Source: an uncultured Clostridia bacterium (GTDB lineage Bacteria > Bacillota > Clostridia > Oscillospirales > CAG-272). Taken from it: 64,000 nt of DNA. Location of the stretch: the NCBI GenBank assembly GCA_944384545.1, contig CALWTT010000106.1:1299-65298 (forward strand). The letters run 5' to 3'. The notes beneath the pieces were generated by a model. That model saw only the letters and a list, made by a program, of their open reading frames with translations. It had not been told where the DNA came from and did no database searches. The position numbers and the translations under genes are program-made. The first letter of the stretch is position 1, and each line of letters begins with the position of its first letter. Shown piece by piece: positions 27,810 through 37,924 of the stretch.

Positions 27810-29114
27810 TCATGATTCTTGATACGGGACACGAACATATCGTCCCCCTGCCACGGAGAGTACGCACCGATGAATTTCCAAAAGTGTCAGTGCTGCCATC
27901 ACGCGTCCGGCCGGGATCTCATCCGTGCAAAGCTCATCCACCGTTACTGCACGATCCTCCGGTATATGCCGATATACAGCAAGAGTGGTTTCGTCCAGCA
28001 AACGGAGTGCATCCGGCGCTTTTTCCTTGCGCTTCTCCAGCGGCGGAGAGGATGCTGCTTTCCTGCTATCGGGAACACCGGATTCTCGCTGTGTTCCCGA
28101 AGGTCTCTTTTCAGCAGGATACGGCTTTCCCGCTGTCCATCCATGTGATGTACCGCGCGCCGCCAGCCGATATTTTTGTATCACCCGATCTGCATCCATA
28201 CGGTAGGGCTCCACCAAACGGAAGAGATTGATTTCACCATGATACATGTATTCGTATTTTGCAAGAATATCTTCCGCACATACAATAGGAGTTGCGCCGT
28301 TTTTCAGGAGTAAATTCGGACCTTCGCTGTTCTCAGAATCCACATTCCCCGGCAAAACATATACATCCCGCCCCTGCTGCTCGGCAAGCCGTGCCGTAAT
28401 CAGCGCGCCGCTCTTCCGATTTCCCTCTACCATGAGTACACCGTGTGAAACACCGCTCATTAAACGGTTTCTGTGCGGGAAATTCCGCCCTTCTGGGCGG
28501 GTTCCGGGCGGATATTCGGTCAGAACCGCTCCGCTTTCGATAATGCGCCGCATCAGATATGCGTGCTCCGACGGATAGGCGATATCGATCCCGCAGCCGA
28601 GAAACGCCAACGTTCTTCCACCGGCCTCCATAGCCGATGCAGAAGCCAGGCCGTCTACTCCGAGTGCCATGCCGGTCACCACGACCGCGCCGGCTCTTGC
28701 AAGATCATAGGAAATCTCGAAGGTCATGCGCTTTCCGTAATCACTCATACGCCTGGTTCCTACAACCGTAATCAGCAGGCTTTCCTCAAACACCGGCAAT
28801 TTGCCTTTTACATAAAGCACGAGTGGCGGATTTTCAAGCAGACGCAAACGCGCCGGATACGCGGCATTTCCGTAACTGAGGATCTGCACGTCCGACATCA
28901 TGCAATGCTCCATAATGCGCTGGGAATCCGAGAGGTTCTTATCGGAAAGCCGTAGGATTTCCGGGGATTTCTCTCCTGCTACCGTTGCAAGATCCGCAGA
29001 GTCTGCACGATAGATCTCTTCGGGAGAGCGAAAAACACGGATCAATCTGTCGAAGAGTGTACTATGACTCGAACAGTGCAAACTCAGCCACAACCAATAC
29101 AGATTGTTTCCCAT
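27810..29114 (-). CDS. dprA: DNA-processing protein DprA (Smf)
   Basis: 434-aa ORF. Rossmann-like DprA core (VVTGMALGVDG..) and a C-terminal winged-helix-like region. Confidence 0.88.
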   Translation of the reverse strand: MGNNLYWLWLSLHCSSHSTLFDRLIRVFRSPEEIYRADSADLATVAGEKSPEILRLSDKNLSDSQRIMEHCMMSDVQILSYGNAAYPARLRLLENPPLVLYVKGKLPVFEESLLITVVGTRRMSDYGKRMTFEISYDLARAGAVVVTGMALGVDGLASASAMEAGGRTLAFLGCGIDIAYPSEHAYLMRRIIESGAVLTEYPPGTRPEGRNFPHRNRLMSGVSHGVLMVEGNRKSGALITARLAEQQGRDVYVLPGNVDSENSEGPNLLLKNGATPIVCAEDILAKYEYMYHGEINLFRLVEPYRMDADRVIQKYRLAARGTSHGWTAGKPYPAEKRPSGTQRESGVPDSRKAASSPPLEKRKEKAPDALRLLDETTLAVYRHIPEDRAVTVDELCTDEIPAGRVMAALTLLEIHRCVLSVAGGRYVRVPYQES

Positions 29115-29132
29115 GCCATTCCTCCTCCAGGC

Positions 29133-29969
29133 TTATCGGCACTTTTGCAACTCCCACAGGAACACGGCCGCCGCCGCCGCCGCGTTCAAAGATTCCGCAC
29201 AATCTGAAATGGGAAGATACAGACTTCCATCACAAATATTTGTTACCTCTGGTGGAATACCGTGTCCTTCGTTGCCAATGACTATGCAATCCTCCCGACG
29301 CAGTGCAAAGCGGTCCATCCGGACCGCATTTTTTGCAAGACTGGCGCACAGAACGCGACGCCCTTCTTTTTGCAGTCCCCTCACAGCGGAAAAAAAGTCC
29401 TCCACTATATAGGCATCTGTGTGAAAAAGCGTCCCCATTGCTGCGCGCAGAGCTCTCGGATGGTATAGATCCGCGCACTTTGCGCTCAGAATAACTACAT
29501 TCGTACCGAAAGCCACCGCACTCCGTACAATGGTGCCGAGGTTGCCGGGGTCTTGCATATCATACAGCAAAATGACCCGTTTTCTGGACAGTGCCTGCAA
29601 ATCCTCATCATATATTATAGTCCTTCTCCTGAAAAAGTCAAGGTATTTTACTACGGCTATCACGCCTTGCGGTGCTTTTTCCGATGAAATTTTAGAGAAA
29701 CAGTCTTCAGAAAGAACATGAAAAGCTGGCGTTTTCTCTACAGTACCGGCAAACAACGCATTCCATTCTGCAAGATGCTGTGCCGTGCGGTTTTCTGTAA
29801 GAAAAACATGTTCCACCGGGAGTCTTGCCGCCGCGGCTTCCCGAACAAGCTTCTCCCCTTCCAGCAAAAAGCGGCCCGCTTCGGCGCGCCCTTTCCTCTG
29901 CAAGAGCGCCGCCGTTTTCACAATCAGCGGATTCCTGCGACTGCGAATCACGCTATTCTCTATTTCCAT
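29133..29969 (-). CDS. TrmH/SpoU family RNA 2'-O-methyltransferase
   Basis: ORF 29133..30020. SpoU motifs (DPGNLGTIVRSA, IGNEGHGI). ATG 29969 is preferred because the TTG at 30020 lies inside the rplT terminator. Confidence 0.82.
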   Translation of the reverse strand: MEIENSVIRSRRNPLIVKTAALLQRKGRAEAGRFLLEGEKLVREAAAARLPVEHVFLTENRTAQHLAEWNALFAGTVEKTPAFHVLSEDCFSKISSEKAPQGVIAVVKYLDFFRRRTIIYDEDLQALSRKRVILLYDMQDPGNLGTIVRSAVAFGTNVVILSAKCADLYHPRALRAAMGTLFHTDAYIVEDFFSAVRGLQKEGRRVLCASLAKNAVRMDRFALRREDCIVIGNEGHGIPPEVTNICDGSLYLPISDCAESLNAAAAAAVFLWELQKCR

Positions 29970-30018
29970 TTTCCGCGAACTCCCCTTTCTTCTGTCAGAG
30001 TTTGCCACCAGTTCGGTC

Positions 30019-30059
30019 AAAAAGAGAAAACGACCCGCCCGTCATGCACGGGCGAGTCG
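30019..30059 (-). terminator. Rho-independent terminator after rplT
   Basis: Minus strand: GACTCGCCCGT-GCATG-ACGGGCGGGTC followed by GTTTTCTCTTTTT. Confidence 0.75.
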
Positions 30060-30065
30060 ATGATT

Positions 30066-30419
30066 TCACAACGCCGCTTTTGCCTGATCGGCAAGCGCTG
30101 CAAAGCCGGGTTTATCCGAAACGGCGATTTCGGCAAGCATCTTGCGGTTGAGCTGGATACCGGCCTTTTTCAGACCGTGCATCATCGTTGAATAATTCAT
30201 CCCGCAAACCTTGGCCTGCGCGGAAATGCGTGTAATCCAAAGAGAACGGAAATCTCTCTTCTTCATGCGGCGGCCGGCAAAAGCATAATTGCCGCTTTTC
30301 ATAACGGCCTGCTTCGCCATACGGAAATGCTTACTCTTTGCGCCCCAGTAGCCCTTGGCCGCCTTCAGCACACTGTTTCTTCTCTTACGCGTCATAACGG
30401 CGCCTTTTACTCTTGCCAT
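30066..30419 (-). CDS. rplT: 50S ribosomal protein L20
   Basis: 117-aa [17 protein letters not shown]... Confidence 0.97.
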   Translation of the reverse strand: MARVKGAVMTRKRRNSVLKAAKGYWGAKSKHFRMAKQAVMKSGNYAFAGRRMKKRDFRSLWITRISAQAKVCGMNYSTMMHGLKKAGIQLNRKMLAEIAVSDKPGFAALADQAKAAL

Positions 30420-30461
30420 TTTATCTGTCCTCCAAAATTCTTACATTTGATGCGCCGTGTA

Positions 30462-30656
30462 TTATTTCTGGATCAAGGCGCGAATTGTCGGCGCAAAGCA
30501 CTCGCTCAATGTTGCACCTTTACGCAGGCTTCTTTTACGCTTGGCAGTTTTAATTCCCAGATTGTGACGGTGATGCGAATGATTCATTTTTACCTTTCCG
30601 CTGCCGGTCAGATCAAACCGTTTTGCGGATGCCTTATGTGTTTTGATTTTTCCCAT
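30462..30656 (-). CDS. rpmI: 50S ribosomal protein L35
   Basis: 64-aa ORF MGKIKTHKASAKRF... Confidence 0.96.
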   Translation of the reverse strand: MGKIKTHKASAKRFDLTGSGKVKMNHSHHRHNLGIKTAKRKRSLRKGATLSECFAPTIRALIQK

Positions 30657-30696
30657 GACTTTTCTCCTTCTTGTTCAAACTGGTATTCCCAGAAAA

Positions 30697-31215
30697 TTAC
30701 TGTTTGACAGGGGCCAGCACCACCGACATATATCTGCCCTCGGTTATCGGCGCCTTTTCTGCGTTTCCTACGCCCTTACATGCCTCCTGAAAACGCAGCA
30801 GCACATCCTGACCGATATCCATGTGCGTCATCTCACGCCCCTTGAAGCGGACAATTGCGCGTACCTTGTCTCCACCTGCCAAAAACTTACGGGCCTGATT
30901 CACACGTGTTTCAAAATCGTGTGTGTCAATCCGGCAGGAAAGCTGCACTTCCTTCACCTTGACAATCTGCTGCTTTTTCCGTGCTTCTTTCTCTTTTTTG
31001 TCGCGTTCAAAGCAGAATTTCCCGTAGTCCATGGCGCGGCAAACCGGCGGCGTAGCCGTTGGGGCTATCAGTACCAGATCCAGATCCCGGTCATAGGCAT
31101 AGGTCTTGGCTTCGTTGATCCCCATGATGCCGAGCTGTTCTCCGTCCACTCCGATCATGCGGACTTCTTTGACCCGGATTTCATCATTGATCGGCAAATC
31201 TTTCGCGCTAATAAT
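30697..31215 (-). CDS. infC: Translation initiation factor IF-3 (probable ATT start)
   Basis: Track ORF 30697..31197. The conserved N-terminus extends upstream as I-I-S-A-K-D-L-P-I-N-D-E-I-R. GGAGG sits 6 nt before ATT at 31215, and an AUU start is the known infC autoregulatory feature. Confidence 0.9.
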   Translation of the reverse strand: MISAKDLPINDEIRVKEVRMIGVDGEQLGIMGINEAKTYAYDRDLDLVLIAPTATPPVCRAMDYGKFCFERDKKEKEARKKQQIVKVKEVQLSCRIDTHDFETRVNQARKFLAGGDKVRAIVRFKGREMTHMDIGQDVLLRFQEACKGVGNAEKAPITEGRYMSVVLAPVKQ

Positions 31216-31360
31216 CGTCTACCTCCGTAAAATAAAAAGTGCGTACAGAAAGCTCCATACGCATAAAACAGCCCTACGGCATGCTTATTGACCCGGGACG
31301 CCTGTGCGCCGAGGTGAGAATGGAACATTCTGCTTTCTTGTGAGAAGTCCTGCTTCCACT
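31216..31360 (-). promoter_or_regulatory. infC-rpmI-rplT 5' leader, candidate L20-responsive attenuator
   Basis: ~145-nt untranslated leader between the promoter and the RBS. Contains the hairpin TGCGTA-N12-TACGCA followed by CTTTTTATTTT. The L20-leader assignment is by analogy only. Confidence 0.35.
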
Positions 31361-31367
31361 GCGAAGC

Positions 31368-31396
31368 ATTATATCATACATCCGCTTTCCTGTCAA
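31368..31396 (-). promoter_or_regulatory. Consensus sigma-A promoter for the infC operon (TTGACA-17-TATAAT)
   Basis: Read directly on the minus strand. An A/T-rich tract lies upstream. Confidence 0.7.
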
Positions 31397-31611
31397 TACT
31401 TTTTCGAAAAAAGGTTTCTGTTTTCTTTCATGTATTCCCGGATTTCTGTTTTTTGTTTTCTGCTTCGAGTTATTTTCTGGTTTTTTGCCCGTATAGGATT
31501 CTTCCGGTTCTGCTTCCTATGTTTTGCAAAAAAATTCCTCTCGCTTTTTCGCCGATGTCCGCATTAAAGTTTTCCCATGCAAAAATCTGTGAAAAAGTTT
31601 TGCGCGGACTA

Positions 31612-31640
31612 TGGTTTTTCTACGAAATTTATGCTATAAT
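31612..31640 (+). promoter_or_regulatory. Candidate extended -10 promoter for lon (TGGTTT-17-TGcTATAAT)
   Basis: Strong extended -10 but a weak -35. About 60 nt upstream of the lon ATG. Confidence 0.4.
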
Positions 31641-31702
31641 ATTTGAAAGGGGTTTTGGTGCCCTCATGTACCTGAATTCATGCCCCGGCGAGGTTTACAT
31701 AT

Positions 31703-34156
31703 ATGATGATATCAGAAAACAAGACAACAAACGTGGAAAGCGACCTTCTGTCGCTTCCGGTGCTTTCCGTACGGGGGACCGTTGCGTTCCCGTCGGTTAC
31801 CATGAGCCTTGATATTGTGCGGCCGCTTTCGCTGAAAGCGATCGGTGCCGCTGCAAAATCAGGCGGAAAGATTCTTCTTCTCACGCAAAAAGACGCTTCG
31901 GTCGATGATCCGGGCGAGCGGGATTTCTATAAAAACGGAACCGTCTGTGTCATCAAGCAGGCCGGCCCTACCGGAGAAGGTGCCTTCCGTGCCGCCTTCG
32001 AAGGAATCTGCCGGGCACATGTCGTTGCACTGCATCAGGACGACGGTTTTTTCCGCGCGGATGTCACCTGCGATATCCAGACTGAACTCCCCCCGATCAA
32101 TGCACACATATCCGCCCTGATGCGCGAGGCGCTCGTGCTCCTGGATGAAATTGTTCGGGTTCACCCTTCTCTTTCCGATGAAATCAAATATACCGCGCGT
32201 GGAATTCACGATCTTTCTCTCCTTTGCGATTTTCTTGCGTCCGGCGTGCTTCTGAGCGAAAAAAACAAACAGATGATTCTGGACATCCGCAACCCGATCA
32301 CCAGAATGGAACGTCTTCTCGTCCTCATGACAGAGGAACTGGATATTCTGCGCTGTGAATACGAAATTCATCGTCATGTAAAAGAAAAAATTGACAACAA
32401 TCAAAAAGAGTTTTTCCTGCGGGAGCAGGTTCGGGCCATTCAGCAGGAGCTCGGCGAGGGCGGCGATGAGGAATGTGACGAATATTATGAGCGCATCGCA
32501 CGTGCCAAACTTCCCAAAGAAGTCGCGGAAAAACTGAACAAGGAAGTTTCCCGGATGGCAAAAACTCCCTACGGCTCACCGGAGGGTACGGTCATCCGCA
32601 ATTATCTGGATGTGTGCTTAGATATTCCGTGGATGAAAACTTCTCCGGAACGCCCGGATGTACAGGCAGCCGCAAAAATTCTGAATGAGGACCACGACGG
32701 CCTGGAAAAAGTAAAAGACCGTATTCTGGAGTACATTGCGGTCAAACAGCTTTCCCCACAGTTGAAAAACCAGATTCTCTGCCTTGTCGGGCCTCCCGGC
32801 GTCGGAAAAACCTCGGTTGCGGCATCGGTTGCGCGCGCTTTAAAACGGAAATATGTGCGGGTATCTCTCGGGGGCATCAAGGATGAATCCGATATCCGCG
32901 GACACAGGAAAACCTATGTTGCTTCCATGCCCGGCCGCATTATTGAAGCGCTGATCCAGGCCAAGGTACGGAATCCGCTCATTGTACTGGATGAGATCGA
33001 TAAAATTTCCGCTTCTGTAAACGGAGATCCTGCCTCTGCCCTTCTGGAAGTGCTGGACCCCGAGCAAAATAAATATTTCCGTGATCATTTTGTGGAAATG
33101 CCAGTCGATCTGTCCGACTGTATGTTTATTGCCACGGCCAACAGCTACGACGGAATCCCGCTTCCGTTGATCGACCGGATGGAGATTCTGGAAATCTCCG
33201 CATATTCCCGCCGTGAAAAAGCCGCCATCGCTTCCCATCATCTGATCGGTAAACAGTTGAAACGGCATGGCCTTACCAAGCGACAGGTGCGCTTTACCGA
33301 TGACGCCATTTATGAGCTGATCGATTATTATACGCGGGAAGCCGGTGTACGGAACCTCGAACGTCAGATTGCCGCACTCTGCCGCAAGGCGGCACGGGAA
33401 ATTGCAGAGAAGAAGGCAGAACGTATTGTTTTCACAGCGGACAGTATACGGCAATATCTTGGAAAACGCAAAGTGCGTCCTGAAAAAATCAGCGAGCATG
33501 ATGCGGTGGGTGTCGTAAACGGTCTTGCCTATACGGAAGCCGGTGGCGACCTTCTGCAGATTGAGGCAGCGATTATGGAAGGGACCGGAAAACTCGAACT
33601 GACGGGATCCCTCGGCGATGTCATGAAAGAGTCGGCGCATATTGCCGTCAGTTATGTACGCACTGTTGCTTCCGCACTGGGGATTGACCCTGAATTCTAT
33701 AAGAAAAAGGATATCCATATTCACGTCCCGGAAGGTGCCGTTCCCAAAGACGGACCGTCCGCAGGCGTTACGATTACCTGTGCGCTGGCCAGTGCTCTCT
33801 CCGGGCTTCCTGTCCGCCGCGATGTTGCCATGACCGGCGAAGTTACCCTGCGCGGCCGGGTTCTCCCCATCGGAGGGCTGAAAGAAAAGACACTGGCCGC
33901 TTATACTGCCGGTGTGAGCACGGTCCTGATCCCGCGCGACAATGAATGTGATCTGGACGAAATTGATCCCCAGGCCCGTGAAAATCTTCAATTTGTCTTC
34001 TGCTCCGATATGGACGATGTCCTTCGTCATGCACTGATCGGATATCCGCGGAAAGCCTCCGTTCCCTATCCGGCTTCCATCAAAGATACGGCCCCCTCTG
34101 CCCCCGTTCTCCCCGCACGCGAGGTTCCGCCTGCTGTCGGTGCCGTTGTACGCTGA
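31703..34156 (+). CDS. lon: ATP-dependent endopeptidase La (LonA)
   Basis: 817-aa ORF. Walker [10 protein letters not shown] and the protease motif PKDGPSAG. Confidence 0.96.
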   Translation: MMISENKTTNVESDLLSLPVLSVRGTVAFPSVTMSLDIVRPLSLKAIGAAAKSGGKILLLTQKDASVDDPGERDFYKNGTVCVIKQAGPTGEGAFRAAFEGICRAHVVALHQDDGFFRADVTCDIQTELPPINAHISALMREALVLLDEIVRVHPSLSDEIKYTARGIHDLSLLCDFLASGVLLSEKNKQMILDIRNPITRMERLLVLMTEELDILRCEYEIHRHVKEKIDNNQKEFFLREQVRAIQQELGEGGDEECDEYYERIARAKLPKEVAEKLNKEVSRMAKTPYGSPEGTVIRNYLDVCLDIPWMKTSPERPDVQAAAKILNEDHDGLEKVKDRILEYIAVKQLSPQLKNQILCLVGPPGVGKTSVAASVARALKRKYVRVSLGGIKDESDIRGHRKTYVASMPGRIIEALIQAKVRNPLIVLDEIDKISASVNGDPASALLEVLDPEQNKYFRDHFVEMPVDLSDCMFIATANSYDGIPLPLIDRMEILEISAYSRREKAAIASHHLIGKQLKRHGLTKRQVRFTDDAIYELIDYYTREAGVRNLERQIAALCRKAAREIAEKKAERIVFTADSIRQYLGKRKVRPEKISEHDAVGVVNGLAYTEAGGDLLQIEAAIMEGTGKLELTGSLGDVMKESAHIAVSYVRTVASALGIDPEFYKKKDIHIHVPEGAVPKDGPSAGVTITCALASALSGLPVRRDVAMTGEVTLRGRVLPIGGLKEKTLAAYTAGVSTVLIPRDNECDLDEIDPQARENLQFVFCSDMDDVLRHALIGYPRKASVPYPASIKDTAPSAPVLPAREVPPAVGAVVR

Positions 34157-34181
34157 ATTGCTTTTCTGATTGAGGATATCT

Positions 34182-34784
34182 ATGGAGAAAATCAACACCA
34201 ACCGTGCTGTGCTACGCATCAGCGCCGGCCGCCCCGATCAGTTCCCTGCAGATCCACTTCCACAAATTGCCTTATCCGGCCGCTCCAATGTGGGAAAAAG
34301 TTCACTGATCAATTCTCTTCTCGGACGGAAATCCCTGGCGCGCGTCAGTTCCACGCCGGGGAAAACCGTCACCGTCAATTTTTATCTTGTAGATGATGCG
34401 CTGTATCTTGTCGATTTGCCTGGTTATGGATTTACAAGGCGCTCTCCCGCCGAAAAAAAAGCCTGGTCTGCATTAACCGACGGCTATTTTGTCAAGAATC
34501 CCAATATAGATCGACTGGTTGCCGTCAATCAATTGATCGATGTCCGGGTAGGCCCGACCGACGATGACCGAATGATGTTACGTTTCCTTGCAAATAACCG
34601 CATTCCCTTCTTCATCACGGCAACAAAATGCGATAAACTCAGTCCTTCCGCGCTGCGGACAGCGCTGGATGCATGGCAGCATGATGTCCTGCATGGAATC
34701 GGCAACATCCCTATCCTTCCGTTTTCTGCCGTTTCCGGAATGGGAAAGCAGCAGGTTCTGCACGAAATTCTCGCAAGACTTTGA
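34182..34784 (+). CDS. engB: Ribosome biogenesis GTP-binding protein EngB/YsxC
   Basis: ORF 34170..34784. GAGGA RBS before ATG 34182. GRSNVGKSSLIN G1 motif. lon-ysxC adjacency as in Bacillus. Confidence 0.9.
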   Translation: MEKINTNRAVLRISAGRPDQFPADPLPQIALSGRSNVGKSSLINSLLGRKSLARVSSTPGKTVTVNFYLVDDALYLVDLPGYGFTRRSPAEKKAWSALTDGYFVKNPNIDRLVAVNQLIDVRVGPTDDDRMMLRFLANNRIPFFITATKCDKLSPSALRTALDAWQHDVLHGIGNIPILPFSAVSGMGKQQVLHEILARL

Positions 34785-34811
34785 TTTTACCTTTTTCAGG
34801 ATATATGAACT

Positions 34812-35477
34812 ATGGAACAATTTATTACCTATCTTCTGTGTATCCCGGCCGCACTGATTGCGCTTTCGGTCCATGAATACTGCCACGGATACGCAGCCTA
34901 TCGGCTCGGCGATCCGACCGCCAGAAGCCTTGGCCGACTGACCCTGAATCCCCTGAAGCACATTGACCCGCTTGGGGCACTTTGCATGATTCTCTTTCAG
35001 TTCGGATGGGCCAAGCCTGTCCCCATCAACCCTCGCTATTTCCGCGATCCGAGAAAAGGGATGGCCATAACCGCTGCGGCCGGACCGCTCTCCAACCTGA
35101 TTCTCGCCTTTCTCGGTGCACTTCTGTATCTTCTTACCGAACGCGCCGCAGAGGCGATTATCCTCCCGGGAACGCCTGATTTCCTCTTCTATTTCTTTTT
35201 CTATCTTTCCTACTTTTTTCTTCTTTTCCATCTGCTGAATCTGAGCCTTTTCGTTTTCAATCTGATCCCGCTTCCTCCCTTGGACGGATCACGAATCCTG
35301 TATGTCTTCCTTCCAACGCGGATCTATTTCGGCGTTATGAAATACGAACGAATTATCCAGATCTGCCTGCTTATATGTTTGTGGGTCGGCGCTTTTACCG
35401 GTCTGCTTTCGGATGCAATCAACCTGCTTTCCTCGTTCATTTTCCGGTGTTTTGCATGGATTCCATTTTTTGCCTGA
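34812..35477 (+). CDS. Site-2 protease family (peptidase M50) membrane metalloprotease
   Basis: 221-aa ORF. HEYCHG zinc motif and multiple TM segments. Confidence 0.8.
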   Translation: MEQFITYLLCIPAALIALSVHEYCHGYAAYRLGDPTARSLGRLTLNPLKHIDPLGALCMILFQFGWAKPVPINPRYFRDPRKGMAITAAAGPLSNLILAFLGALLYLLTERAAEAIILPGTPDFLFYFFFYLSYFFLLFHLLNLSLFVFNLIPLPPLDGSRILYVFLPTRIYFGVMKYERIIQICLLICLWVGAFTGLLSDAINLLSSFIFRCFAWIPFFA

Positions 35478-35487
35478 CGGAGGATTC

Positions 35488-36291
35488 ATGGAAGAACTTA
35501 CCTATCGGCTGGATCAGTATGAAGGCCCTTTGGATCTGCTGCTCACGCTGATTGCCAAAAACAAAGTCAGCATTACGGATATTCCTATTGCTAAAATCTG
35601 CGATCAGTATCTTGAATACATTGCCATCAATCAACGTATGGACCTTGAGGTGGCAAGCGAATTTATCGTGATGGCGAGTGAACTGATCCTCATAAAAAGC
35701 CGTATGCTTCTTCCACGCGATGAAGAGAACGACGAAGATCCCCGTGCACAACTGGTAGACGCCTTGCTGATCTACCAGAAAGCCAAGGAAGCCGCAGAGG
35801 ATCTCCGCCCATTATATGCAGAATATTCCGGTCGTATGGCCAAAGACGTAGATGAAATTCCGCCGGATCGTGGTGTTCCGCTGGGCCTCAATCCCCTTCT
35901 CCTCTCCAAGGCAATGAACACGCTGCTGATCCGCCTGCGCGCACAGGAAAATCCTCCGGAACAATTCATCAAGCCACTGGTCAGCACGAAGGTGTATTCT
36001 GTCGAGGATCAGGTGGAAGGAATCATCTCCCGCATCGATGAACAGGGAGAAGCGACACTTTACTATATTATGTCGCCGGCAAAAGAGAGGGGACAGCTGC
36101 TTGCCATGTTTATGGCGCTTCTGGAACTGATAAAAATCAAACGCATCCTCATCTGCGAAAGCGGCGAAGAACCGGAGGACGAAATCCGGCACTGCCTGCT
36201 CATGCGCTTCCGGCTGAACCCCGATTATGTTCCTGCAAACGACTCTTTGGAAAGTGAATTTGATCATGAAGTTACAGACGAAACCGCTTGA
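35488..36291 (+). CDS. scpA: Segregation and condensation protein A
   Basis: ORF 35413..36291. GGAGG sits before ATG 35488. YEGPLDLLLTLIAKNKV is the typical ScpA N-terminus. Confidence 0.9.
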   Translation: MEELTYRLDQYEGPLDLLLTLIAKNKVSITDIPIAKICDQYLEYIAINQRMDLEVASEFIVMASELILIKSRMLLPRDEENDEDPRAQLVDALLIYQKAKEAAEDLRPLYAEYSGRMAKDVDEIPPDRGVPLGLNPLLLSKAMNTLLIRLRAQENPPEQFIKPLVSTKVYSVEDQVEGIISRIDEQGEATLYYIMSPAKERGQLLAMFMALLELIKIKRILICESGEEPEDEIRHCLLMRFRLNPDYVPANDSLESEFDHEVTDETA

Positions 36292-36307
36292 ATCCGAAGG
36301 CGAGTCA

Positions 36308-37174
36308 ATGGCGGCAGAAAACGAAAAGACCGCATACGCGGAGAAAAATGGACCCGACATTTCCGACCATCTGTCAGATAACCGATCTCTGTCCGACGCG
36401 TCAGAGGTCGATGACACATCGACGGACTCCAGCACGGAAACAAAGAAAGAAAAGGGCGCCCGGAAAAAGAAAACAAAAAACGAAGTTCCGCGTGAAACCG
36501 CGGAGGCGATTGAAGCGATCCTCTTTGCGGCAGGACATGCTGTCCCGTACACCGTCATGGCGCGGGTGCTGGACTATCCGCTTTCCACCATGAAATCCAT
36601 GGTGCATACCTATGCCGCTCGCTATAACGAATCCGAAATGCCACGTGGTGTTATGCTGCTCACATATGATGACAGTTGCCAGCTATGTACCAAGCAACAA
36701 TACCTCCCCTTCATCCGCGATGCACTCGGAATCCGGCACAACGGTAATCTTTCCAATGCCTCCATTGAGACGCTTGCCATTATTTCCTATAATCAACCCG
36801 TGACCCGTTCTTATGTCGATACGGTGCGCGGTGTTGATTCCAGTTATGCCATTGGCTCCTTACTGGAACGCGGACTGATTGAATCGAAAGGGAGATTGGA
36901 CGCCCCCGGTCGCCCTATGCTCTACGGCACCACCCCTGATTTTCTGCGTTGCTTCGGGCTCTCTTCCATTGCCGATCTGCCTGGAATTACATCGGAAGAA
37001 GCAGCAGAAATGCTTGCAAAAATTCAACGGCAGATGACGGAGGAAATGCAGCCGGATGTGAATCAGATGAGTATTGACCCTGCTGCCATCCCCGCAGACG
37101 AAAACGACCCCAAACCGGATTCTGTCGCTGTTGCCATCGGAGAAACTCCGGAAGCCGCTCAGGAATCCGAATAA
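36308..37174 (+). CDS. scpB: Segregation and condensation protein B with disordered N- and C-terminal extensions
   Basis: ORF 36227..37174. The ScpB core starts at ..AIEAILFAAGHAV. The start is ambiguous between ATG 36266 and ATG 36308. Confidence 0.8.
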   Translation: MAAENEKTAYAEKNGPDISDHLSDNRSLSDASEVDDTSTDSSTETKKEKGARKKKTKNEVPRETAEAIEAILFAAGHAVPYTVMARVLDYPLSTMKSMVHTYAARYNESEMPRGVMLLTYDDSCQLCTKQQYLPFIRDALGIRHNGNLSNASIETLAIISYNQPVTRSYVDTVRGVDSSYAIGSLLERGLIESKGRLDAPGRPMLYGTTPDFLRCFGLSSIADLPGITSEEAAEMLAKIQRQMTEEMQPDVNQMSIDPAAIPADENDPKPDSVAVAIGETPEAAQESE

Positions 37175-37231
37175 GACTTTGCCTTGCGCTCGGCTATACG
37201 GGCATTCCGCACGACGGAGAAAGGAGAGATC

Positions 37232-37924
37232 ATGTTGATTCTCTGGATCCTTCTGGCCGCCCTCCTTCTTCTTTTCCTGATTCTGATGCTGCGGATCCGC
37301 GTCGTCCTCAGATATGACGAAAAAATCCGTCTGGATCTGTATATTCTTTTCTTCCGGATTCCTCTGTATCCCCGACGGAAAAAGGTTTCCCCTTCGCAAT
37401 ACACCTATCACCGGTATCAAAAACGACTCCGGAAAGAACAAAAAAAACGTGCCGGAAAGAAGCGAAAACGCAGGGGTGACGTTCTCCCGGCCTCACACAA
37501 AAAACCGCCTTCCCTGCGTGCCAGAATCGCATATTTCATTCGCCTCTTTGACGGAATATATCACCGCTTCCTGCGGGCCTTCCGTATCGACGTTGCCTAT
37601 CTGAGAATCGATGTAGCAACAGGCGATGCAGCGAAAACTGCTGTTCTGACCGGAATCGTTTCACAATCTGTCGCCTATCTGTGTGCCATCCTGGACGCAC
37701 ACACCAATCTGCGCCATGCCTCGTCTGCCTCCATTTCTGTACGCCCCGATTATGTTGGGCAGCAAAGCCGCGTACGAGGAAAATTCATGTTTTCCATTCG
37801 CATCCTTTCCCTTGTCGGCATTGGGCTCCGCCTTTGCTACCGTTACCTGCAATCCAGGTTATATACAAACAATCCCATGACCATAAACGGAGGACAAGAA
37901 CGTGTCAGAAAACAAGCTGAGTGA
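37232..37924 (+). CDS. DUF2953/YtfI-like sporulation membrane protein
   Basis: ORF 37184..37924. GAAAGGAG sits before ATG 37232. N-terminal TM segment followed by RIRVVLRYDEK..., immediately upstream of ytfJ as in Bacillus. Confidence 0.6.
   Translation: MLILWILLAALLLLFLILMLRIRVVLRYDEKIRLDLYILFFRIPLYPRRKKVSPSQYTYHRYQKRLRKEQKKRAGKKRKRRGDVLPASHKKPPSLRARIAYFIRLFDGIYHRFLRAFRIDVAYLRIDVATGDAAKTAVLTGIVSQSVAYLCAILDAHTNLRHASSASISVRPDYVGQQSRVRGKFMFSIRILSLVGIGLRLCYRYLQSRLYTNNPMTINGGQERVRKQAE

Noticed and set aside
31415-31512. T-rich tract with five TTTCTG/GTTCTG copies in the infC-lon intergenic region, plus the 87-aa hydrophobic ORF 31304..31567.
   Set aside because: The spacing is irregular (28, 14, 17 and 33 nt). 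This is most simply an A/T-rich UP-element-like or curved region upstream of the infC -35. The ORF is a composition artefact that overlaps the promoter.
32840-34219. 459-aa minus-strand ORF.
   Set aside because: It is antisense to lon. It has no recognisable motifs and no RBS. It is a shadow ORF.
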